7,758 nucleotides of DNA, taken from assembly GCA_964586355.1 (NCBI GenBank), contig CAZPGO010000042.1, positions 1 to 7,758 of the forward strand, written 5' to 3'. A program made the position numbers and the translations under genes. Shown here in pieces: positions 1 to 6,374 of the stretch (position 1 is its first letter; each line of letters begins with the position of its first letter). The notes under the pieces are model-generated. The model was not told where the DNA came from, ran no database searches, and was given only the letters and a program-made list of their open reading frames with translations. Source of the stretch: an uncultured archaeon (lineage in GTDB: Archaea > Iainarchaeota > Iainarchaeia > Iainarchaeales > CSSED10-239).

Positions 1-277
1 TATTTCTTTTATTTGGCATTATTCTTTTTTTTTGAAATTTGTCATAATTTTTTAATATTATTATTTCTGGTACATATATTTCTTTTTTGGGTGTTTTTAT
101 TTTTTTATATTCAAGATTATAATCTATTGAATACCATTCTTGCCAAGTGTATGTATTGTATGATTTTGCTTCTAGTATTTTTGCTTTTTCTTTAAATATA
201 AGTGTTATTGCTTTTTTTAGATTTACAACACTTATTGGTACAAAGTGTTTATTTAAACATAAAATTTGATTAATCAT
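1..277 (-). CDS. HNH endonuclease (small phage/bacterial McrA-like type), N-terminal 92 codons only; the 3' end lies beyond the left edge
   Basis: ATG at 275-277 (complement), with the frame open down to position 2. Hand translation: MINQILCLNKHFVPISVVNLKKAITLIFKEKAKILEAKSYNTYTWQEWYSIDYNLEYKKIKTPKKEIYVPEIIILKNYDKFQKKRIMPNKRN. From memory this matches the conserved N-terminal region of small HNH endonucleases (vLvLN..y.Pl..vs..rAi.Ll..gKAevle ... P.virL..y......v..sr.N). The HNH/Cys motifs themselves would be outside the window. It is absent from the supplied ORF track because it is edge-truncated. Confidence 0.55.
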   Translation of the reverse strand, partial: MINQILCLNKHFVPISVVNLKKAITLIFKEKAKILEAKSYNTYTWQEWYSIDYNLEYKKIKTPKKEIYVPEIIILKNYDKFQKKRIMPNKRN

Positions 278-291
278 TACTAATATAGTTT

Positions 292-912
292 ATGAATGAA
301 TTTAAATTTTCTATAAATTTTAGTATTTTGAGAGATGTCCCAATAAGTTTTATTATACATTCAAAAGATAATTTTCAAAATACTTCTTTTATATTAGAAA
401 ATTTGTTTACTAAAGTCTATAATCCATTGGAGATTGTTTTAGTGAACGATAGGTCCTTAAGTAAAGAATATTTTTCACAAATAGTTGATAAATATAAATT
501 TATAAATTTGATAGAGGCAAGTAGTATGTCGGAAAGCATAATTAATGGGGTTGAAAATTGTTCTAATAATTGGATAGTTTATATAAATTCAAATTTTAAA
601 CCTAATAATAGCGCCTGGTTAAGTGCTTTGTTTGGGTCTATGCAGAATCTAAAAGCCCAAGGAGTAAAACTGGTTGGTTCTTTTGTAGAAAATAATAATT
701 TTTTTAATCATTATAGAAACGAAAAAAATGATATTGTTTTAAAAGAGCACTTTTTGCCTTTTAATGTTGTTTTTTTTCACAAAGATCTTTTTAGGACTAT
801 AGGATTATTAGAAAGCACCGACAGTGTAGTGGAAATATCTGCTAGTATCTATAATAAAATGTCTAAGAGAAATTTTAAGCAAGCCATATCAAGAAATAGT
901 CTATTTATTTGA
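292..912 (+). CDS. GT2-like (GT-A fold) glycosyltransferase-like protein with a degenerate DXD motif
   Basis: 206-aa ORF. ISFIIHSKDN...LEIVLVNDRS...GVENCSNNWIVYINSNF follows the GT2 layout (vSviIp.yN ... EiivVDDgS ... N.g...a.g.yi.flDsDd). However DDGS is NDRS and the DXD position reads NSN (586-594). No clear SD. The start is only 14 nt from the divergent HNH start. Confidence 0.45.
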   Translation: MNEFKFSINFSILRDVPISFIIHSKDNFQNTSFILENLFTKVYNPLEIVLVNDRSLSKEYFSQIVDKYKFINLIEASSMSESIINGVENCSNNWIVYINSNFKPNNSAWLSALFGSMQNLKAQGVKLVGSFVENNNFFNHYRNEKNDIVLKEHFLPFNVVFFHKDLFRTIGLLESTDSVVEISASIYNKMSKRNFKQAISRNSLFI

Positions 913-932
913 AAATTTTTCTACTATTTTTT
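891..932. terminator. Inverted repeat straddling the convergent 12-nt gene overlap (possible bidirectional 3'-end hairpin)
   Basis: AAGAAATAGT (891-900) pairs with ACTATTTTTT (923-932). That gives 7 perfect bp (894-900 with 923-929), then one G.U and two A-U. The 22-nt loop contains both stop codons (TAG as complement of 901-903; TGA at 910-912). The stem is almost all A/T and the loop is long, so this is weak. Confidence 0.2.
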
Positions 933-1851
933 TAATTTTTTCCTTTAGTTCTTTTGCCACTTCTTCTTCTTTTGGGTTATTTGTATTTTTTATATCAAGA
1001 TACTTTTTATAAATGTTTTTTAGCTCTAATATGAATATTTTGTCATTATTGGTTATTAATATTACTTTATCTTTGAGTGATTTTTCATAAAGATAATTTA
1101 TGTACTCAATAATCATTGAATTTTCATAAAATTTTTGACTGTCTATTTCATTTAAAAATGCACCAACTTTTATTTCTACTACTTCAAAGTTTGGGAAATA
1201 TGTGTTTAGTAAAAATTTAAACTTGTAATTTAAATTTTTGTCATTGTATTTTTCTAGAGCCACAGCTCCGAATGTTATTAGCTTTTTTAGGAATTTTTCT
1301 GGTTTTTTTGTTATTTTAACTTCTCTTTTATTTTTTGTTTGTTCGTAAAAATCTTCAATAAATTTTTTAATTTCTACCATGTTGTTTGGAACATCTGAAA
1401 TTATGTATGGCGTTTCTTTGTTTGAGTTTAACCCCAGTGTTTTCTGTATTTTATTTCTGTTTTTGTTAAATCCTCTTGATAAAGGTTCATTTGCTGCTTG
1501 AAAACCCCTGAGTGTTGGAGTGATTAGTGTAGCCGCTCCTCCTATTTGTATTGCCCCTACTATAATATCCTTAAGTCCTCTTGCTGTAGATTCTAAATTT
1601 TTATATGATGCTTTTGCTCTATCTTTTGCGGCCTCTTTATTCCCAAGCATACCATAAGCGCTAGATGCCATTAAATTACCAAGAGAAGCTAATGTTGAGG
1701 TGCTTGCTCCTATGGATCCTTTAGCTGCGTTGCTTACCCCTTTTATTCCTTGTCCTATTATATTTCCACCAAAACCTCCTAAAAATTTTATAGGAGATAG
1801 CACGGATTCTTTTTTTATTTCTTCTTTTATATAATCTTTAAAGTTTAACAC
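901..1851 (-). CDS. Hypothetical protein; N-terminal Gly/Ala/Ser-rich (GxxxG-like) region plus a Lys/Asn/Glu-rich C-terminal domain
   Basis: 316-codon ORF that spans the whole interval between flanking + strand genes. The start codon at 1849-1851 is GTG (complement of CAC), and there is no in-frame ATG until far downstream. The in-frame stop upstream is at 1876-1878. N-terminal segment: FLGGFGGNIIGQGIKGVSNAAKGSIGASTSTLASLGNLMASSAYGMLG...IVGAIQIGGAATLITP. I recognise no family. Confidence 0.55.
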   Translation of the reverse strand: MLNFKDYIKEEIKKESVLSPIKFLGGFGGNIIGQGIKGVSNAAKGSIGASTSTLASLGNLMASSAYGMLGNKEAAKDRAKASYKNLESTARGLKDIIVGAIQIGGAATLITPTLRGFQAANEPLSRGFNKNRNKIQKTLGLNSNKETPYIISDVPNNMVEIKKFIEDFYEQTKNKREVKITKKPEKFLKKLITFGAVALEKYNDKNLNYKFKFLLNTYFPNFEVVEIKVGAFLNEIDSQKFYENSMIIEYINYLYEKSLKDKVILITNNDKIFILELKNIYKKYLDIKNTNNPKEEEVAKELKEKIKKIVEKFSNK

Positions 1852-1890
1852 ACTATTATATATAAGTTGGTAGTTTTATTTTAAATTATT

Positions 1891-3096
1891 ATGAATTCAA
1901 TATTTGTACAAATTGCCTCGTATAGAGATCCTGAATTAGTTCCCACCATTATCGATTTGTTATCTAAAGCAAAAAATCCGGATAGGATAAAAATTGGCGT
2001 AGTTAATCAGTATGCCAATGATGAATTTGATAATAACATTAATGATATTAAAGATAGAGTGCGTTTTTTAAATATTTACTATAAAGAGTCCAAGGGAACT
2101 TGTTGGGCCAGGAGCATGGCTCAAAAATTATATTCTGGTGAAGATTTTTCACTACAACTAGATTCTCACCACAGGTTTGAACAGGATTGGGATGAAACTA
2201 TTTTGGATGTTTATGACGATTTGAATGATGATAAAGCTATACTTACTACATATCCTGCACCTTATCAACCTACTTGGAACTATGATCAATATTCTAAAGA
2301 GGTTTATGTTTGTAGAATTAAAGGCTTTAGCGCAGATGGGAAAATAGAAGCATTTCCAGAAGTTTTTAAAGACTGGAAAACTTCTACCAAGCCAAGAAGA
2401 GCCGTCCATATAGCAGCCGGTTTTTTGTTTGGAAAAGGAGAGATAAACGATGTTCTTTATGATCCTAATCTTTATTTTACTGGCGAAGAGTTTTCTTTGG
2501 CTGTAAGGTATTTTACGAGTGGATACAATTTATATCATCCTAATAAGTTAATTTGTTATCATTATTATACACGAGAGAATCAACCAAAACATTGGGTTGA
2601 TCATAAAAATTGGTCTGAATACAATAGAATTGCAACAGAAAGATTGAATTGTTTGGTCGGTAGAAGTTCCACTTTTGATCTAGGTGTTTATGGATTGGGA
2701 AATAAAAGAACTTTAAATGATTGGAAAATTTATTCTGGTATAGATTTTTTAAGTAACATAATACACAAAGATACTAAAGATGGGTTGGAACCCCCATGTT
2801 CTAATTCTGATTGTGGTTGGGAAAAGGAAATGTTTTTTGACCATGTTCTTAGTTGGGATAGCTCTAAGGTTGAAAAGTGTAGCGATCCTAAGTTTTGGTC
2901 TTTTTTTGTAGTAGATCAAAACAAGGTGGCTTTAAACAGAGAGGACGTTACAGATATTGACATTCTTTCTGGAAAAACTTGCACTAAAAAGTTTAATTTT
3001 AATTATAGAGGAAACCCCACTCAGTTGTTGATTTGGCCTTATTCACATAGTAAAGGATGGTTGGGTAATGTTTACCTTCCACTTAAATTCTCATGA
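1891..3096 (+). CDS. Glycosyltransferase of the GlcNAc-transferase family (Gnt1 / Skp1-hydroxyproline GlcNAc-transferase-like, CAZy GT60-like), with an extra ~100-aa C-terminal region
   Basis: 401-aa ORF. IFVQIASYRDPELVPTIIDLLSKAKNPDRIKIGVVNQ, then KGTCWARSMAQKLYSGEDFSLQLDSHHRFEQDWDETIL. From memory this closely follows the signature of the Pfam 'Glycosyltransferase (GlcNAc)' family (IFVsiaSYRDpec..Tl.dlf.kA..P.ri.vGv..Q ... ARy.a.kLy.gE.y.lqiDSH.rF...WD). The stop overlaps the next start (ATGA at 3093-3096). Confidence 0.75.
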   Translation: MNSIFVQIASYRDPELVPTIIDLLSKAKNPDRIKIGVVNQYANDEFDNNINDIKDRVRFLNIYYKESKGTCWARSMAQKLYSGEDFSLQLDSHHRFEQDWDETILDVYDDLNDDKAILTTYPAPYQPTWNYDQYSKEVYVCRIKGFSADGKIEAFPEVFKDWKTSTKPRRAVHIAAGFLFGKGEINDVLYDPNLYFTGEEFSLAVRYFTSGYNLYHPNKLICYHYYTRENQPKHWVDHKNWSEYNRIATERLNCLVGRSSTFDLGVYGLGNKRTLNDWKIYSGIDFLSNIIHKDTKDGLEPPCSNSDCGWEKEMFFDHVLSWDSSKVEKCSDPKFWSFFVVDQNKVALNREDVTDIDILSGKTCTKKFNFNYRGNPTQLLIWPYSHSKGWLGNVYLPLKFS

Positions 3097-3716
3097 AAAA
3101 TTTTTTTAAAAAGTGTTATTATATAAACAGAAAGATTAGAGTTGATAGAAAAGAGATGTTTGAAAACCAACTAAAAAAGGTTGGTTTAATTGATTGGGTT
3201 GAAAGGTGTGAGGCAATTGATAAAGATGATGTGGGTGAAAGTGTTGCTCCTTCTAAAAGTGAAATCGCATGTGGTTCTAGCCACAGGAATATAATTGAAA
3301 TTGCAAAAAAGAATAATTTTGAAAATGTTTTAATTTTTGAAGATGATGCTGCTTTTCTAGACAATTTTCAGGAAATTATCAGCAACAGCTTGCAACAAAT
3401 AAAAGATATTGATTGGGATTTATTTTATTTAAGTTGTCGTTTATTTGATTCTAAGCTTGATTTTTTAAGTGAAAACATAATAAAAATAAAATCTTGTTAT
3501 TGCACTCATGCTTATTGTGTAAACCAAAAAGCTTATGATAGATATTTGGAATATGATCCATACAAACAACCTGTTGATGTTTTTTTATTAAATCAACCAT
3601 TTAAAAGAATTGGCTCTTATCCTCTCTGTGTTTCTGTTTATGCTAGTAATAGCGATATAATTAATGGTTATGCTAATTATGATAATATTTTTAAAGAGTC
3701 TTATGCTTTAAGATAG
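3093..3716 (+). CDS. Glycosyltransferase family 25 (LPS/LOS beta-1,4-galactosyltransferase / collagen galactosyltransferase family)
   Basis: 207-aa ORF. CYYINRKIRVDRKEMFENQLKKVGL (GT25 start: yvINL....dRr..m..ql) and SEIACGSSHRNIIEIAKKNNFENVLIFEDDAAFLDNF (GT25: gEiGC..SH..lw..........lIlEDD..f...f). Translationally coupled to the upstream GT by ATGA. Confidence 0.75.
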   Translation: MKNFFKKCYYINRKIRVDRKEMFENQLKKVGLIDWVERCEAIDKDDVGESVAPSKSEIACGSSHRNIIEIAKKNNFENVLIFEDDAAFLDNFQEIISNSLQQIKDIDWDLFYLSCRLFDSKLDFLSENIIKIKSCYCTHAYCVNQKAYDRYLEYDPYKQPVDVFLLNQPFKRIGSYPLCVSVYASNSDIINGYANYDNIFKESYALR

Positions 3717-6302
3717 TTAATCTTTGAATTCCAATATCATACTTCTTCCTCCTCGAGATTCTGAAAGGAATCTTGAAAATAAAAGGTCTTCTTTTATAGG
3801 ATCTATATCAGTTATTCCTAAACAATAACAGACAAGAGAACCGACTGCAGAGTTGTGTACCAAAAAAGAACTGGTTAGGTAGTTTGAGTTGTTTTCTACT
3901 TGAAAATCATAGACCTTGCTAACATCTTTCATGTATTCTATTTTTCTAATCTTTATTAAGATTCCTCCTTCTATTTTTTTAAAGAAATAGTTTTTTTTGG
4001 CATTTTTGCCTACCAACTCTTCTTTAATTGGAATATTGATCTTGTAACAAATAGATTTTTTTCCACTTCTTTTATCTAGTCTGTTTATAGAATTAAGAGA
4101 AGAAGGAACTTTTAATGATAAAAGTAAAGTTCTTACTTGTGAAGATAAATCAACAGAAACGGAATCAAAACTAATTTTGTTTTTTGCAAAGTGACCATCA
4201 GCAAGGAAATATCCTCTTAAAAAACACCATTTAAGGCGATCGTCCAGAGAAAAAACTATATCTGGCACATGCTTTGTTTGTGAAGTAAATTTATAATTAT
4301 TAAAAAGATCTTTAAATAAACAATAGATAAATCTACTGTTTATGTTTATTTGCTTAAGTTTTTTATTTTTTTTACTTGAAATAGAGTATTCTACGTGCAT
4401 TTTTTTTGCAAACTTTATGGCCAAATCAAGGCCAGTAAAGTCATCTTCATGAAAAGCCAACCCTATACTTCCTCTTCCGTCTGATCTTATCCACCCATCT
4501 CCCATGAACAATCCAACAACAGTCCAAAAAGTTTCATCATTAATTTTTATAAATCTTTTACATTTTTTGTTTCTTTTGACTTTTTTTGTTAGCGGATTAA
4601 TATAATCTTGAAAAACAAAATTTTTGTTAAATACTAAATTCTTATTATTACAATATTTAGCTAAATCTATATCTTCTATTTTGTTTTTATTGAGTTTAAT
4701 ATTTGGCACAAAAACCCAATCACCAATTCTTATTTGATCTGCACGAACCCACTCTAGCTTTCCTTGAGGTTCCTCAAATCTTTTTTTAGATTTTTTTGTA
4801 GAATCAGCCCAACTACTGTAGTTTTTAACTTCTTTGAATTTTTCAACCAAAACTTTATGGTCTTTTGTTAGCGAAACACCATTGTTGTCACCATAATAGC
4901 TAAAAATTGTTAAAATATCTTCTTTGCAAGAATACTCAAAAGTTTTTAATACTTTTTGTATTGTTCCATCTCTTGTAAAAACTTTGTCTCCAACTTTAAT
5001 TTCTGAAATAGGTTTGCAAGTGCCTCGATTAGTCAATATTTTAGTTTTTCCTTCTAGGCAACCTCGCCCTGGCCCAACTGCTTCACTTCCGTCTCCGCTT
5101 CCTAATATTATTGGACAGATTCTTCTTGCCTCATCTGTCATCATTTTTTGAATTAAAAAGTAGCTACTAAAACCTTTTCTAGTTATTAATGAGTATTCTT
5201 CTTTTATTCTTTCTAAGTATTTTTTATTTTTTGGAAGCATTCTTTTTGAGAATCCTATTTTTATTGCTTCCTTTAATTTTTCATCGCTATCTTCTATAGA
5301 TGGTAACTTTAAATTTCTATCAAATTCGACCCCTTTTGCCATTTCACAAACTTTAACAGTTGTTTTTTTGGCTTCACAAAAAACTTCATACGGAACTATA
5401 TCGGAGTACGATTCTAACCACTTTTCATTTAGTTCTTCTTCGCTCTTCATCCATAAATTTTCATCTTGTAATTCAAAAAAGTCTTTCATTGAATCTTTTT
5501 CTTTTTCTTCTTTTATCATTTTTAATGTTCTTTTAGTTTGTATCATCAACATCAATCTTTGATAATAACTATCTTCTTTGTTGCAGTAGTGGACATCTTG
5601 ACTTAGTATTATTGACAATCCATATTTTTCTTTTGCCTTAATTATAAATTTGTTGTATTCAAATTGCTTTTTAAAATCTAATAGCATTATTTCTAAATAA
5701 TAATTTTCTTTTCCAAACATGGAAATGTATTTTTCTATAGCTTGGTAGCCCGCTTCTTCTCCTCCTTTATCAAATGCACGCCCAACCTCACTGTTGTAAC
5801 AACAGCTAGTAAATATTATGCCTTCTTTGTGTTGCAAAAGTTGATCATAATTTACTCTTGGTTTTCTATAAAATCCTTTTGTCCATCCCCAACTCGTTAA
5901 TTTTACTAGGTTTTTATATCCTGTTGAATTTATTGCTATGGCTAATAAGTGAGGGCTTGCCCGAAACCTATCAGTCTCCTGTGGATTCAATTCTTTTGTG
6001 TAACCCTCCAACTCTGATTTATTATTGTATGGTATTTGCAATTCATTTACATATAGTTCTACTCCAAATATGGGACTCAATTTGTTTTTATCTTTGTGTT
6101 TATCGCATACCTTTTCGCATGCTTTTATTTGTCTTGGTATTGCTCCCATCATTCCATGATCTGATACTGTTAGAAATTTTTGATTTATTTCAATAGCTCT
6201 GTTTGCATATTCCTCCACTGTTCCGAATCCATCAAGTACAGAATAGTCGCTATGTAGATGGAGGTGTTCAAATCCGACTATTTCTAACTTTTTATTTGTC
6301 AT
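3717..6302 (-). CDS. dnaE: DNA polymerase III alpha subunit (DnaE-type), N-terminal PHP domain and start of palm only, interrupted by an intein; the ORF ends at the catalytic-aspartate motif
   Basis: 861-codon ORF. PHP motifs: [48 protein letters not shown]. GPGRG (res 410-414) plus [29 protein letters not shown] (res 818-846) rebuild the conserved DnaE motif GPGRGSaaGSLVaY.LgIT.vDP....LLFERFL once residues 415-817 are removed. After ...SESRGGRSM the ORF reads ILEFKD and stops (TAA, complement of 3717-3719). Other DnaE proteins have PDxDxDF here, followed by about 750 more residues. Confidence 0.85.
   Translation of the reverse strand: [861 protein letters not shown]
3852..5060 (-). mobile_element. 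Class-1 intein (403 aa) with an embedded double-motif LAGLIDADG homing endonuclease, inserted in dnaE
   Basis: Cys1 (TGC, complement of 5058-5060) follows GPGRG directly. N-terminal Hint region: [13 protein letters not shown]...[12 protein letters not shown]. Block B is TKDH (res 479-482, about 4857-4868). LAGLIDADG motifs are [11 protein letters not shown] (4488-4520) and [11 protein letters not shown] (4188-4220). Block F is [13 protein letters not shown]. The terminal residues are LVHN (His-Asn at 3852-3857), followed by the +1 Ser (3849-3851). Confidence 0.85.
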
Positions 6303-6374
6303 ATTTTTGATTTAAACCTTATGGGGTTTTGGCTTATTTAATTGAGGTTTGTACGTAAGTTTGACTTTTTGTGA

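Noticed and set aside
13-195. 60-aa + strand ORF (MALFFFFEICHNF...)
   Set aside because: Low-complexity Phe/Leu-rich translation of T-rich DNA. It lies antisense to the much more convincing HNH endonuclease frame (1-277, minus strand), so it is a shadow ORF.
770-777. Homopolymer tracts in glycosyltransferase genes (T8 at 770-777; A5-T7-A5 at about 3096-3112) as phase-variation switches, as in GT25 genes of Haemophilus or Neisseria
   Set aside because: The tracts are short and no longer than many others scattered through this AT-rich window. There are no tetranucleotide or long mononucleotide repeats.
1831-1851. The dnaE ORF ends ...ILEFKD* and the 316-aa ORF begins (GTG)LNFKDY, so I asked whether the GT cassette was inserted into one gene
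   Set aside because: Only a 5-residue similarity in K/F/D/N-rich AT-biased coding. The codons differ (TTG GAA TTC AAA GAT versus TTA AAC TTT AAA GAT), and the rest of the 316-aa protein has no DnaE similarity.
2158-2409. 83-aa minus-strand ORF inside the GlcNAc-transferase gene
   Set aside because: It is antisense shadow of a well-supported CDS. It has no family resemblance, and in particular is not a continuation of dnaE.
3093-3096. Alternative genetic code (TGA read as sense, as in some AT-rich lineages)
   Set aside because: Reading through the TGA at 3094-3096 reaches TAA after a few codons. The other genes end in TAA, TAG or TGA with sensible lengths and domain boundaries, so the standard bacterial code explains everything.
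3119-3364. 81-aa minus-strand ORF inside the GT25 gene, considered as a possible downstream piece of dnaE
   Set aside because: The sequence (MSRKAASSSKIKTF...) has no DnaE palm or finger motifs. It is Ser/Phe/Leu-rich antisense shadow of the GT25 CDS.
3717-3760. Programmed frameshift or read-through that would continue dnaE past the TAA
   Set aside because: I translated the other two minus-strand frames by hand. One hits TGA immediately (GTA TGA). The other reads DIGIQRLTILKHKTL and then TAA. The short DIGI resemblance to DIDIDF is not enough, and nothing DnaE-like follows.
3717-3851. Split intein (trans-splicing) at the end of the dnaE fragment, as in cyanobacterial split DnaE
   Set aside because: A split-intein N-fragment needs about 100 residues starting with Cys/Ser after the extein. 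Only six non-conserved residues (ILEFKD) follow the last DnaE-like residues, and there is no Cys.
4924-6196. Three + strand ORFs (4924-5151, 5368-5562, 5858-6196) inside dnaE and the intein
   Set aside because: All are antisense to a strongly supported CDS and have low-complexity composition. They are shadow ORFs.
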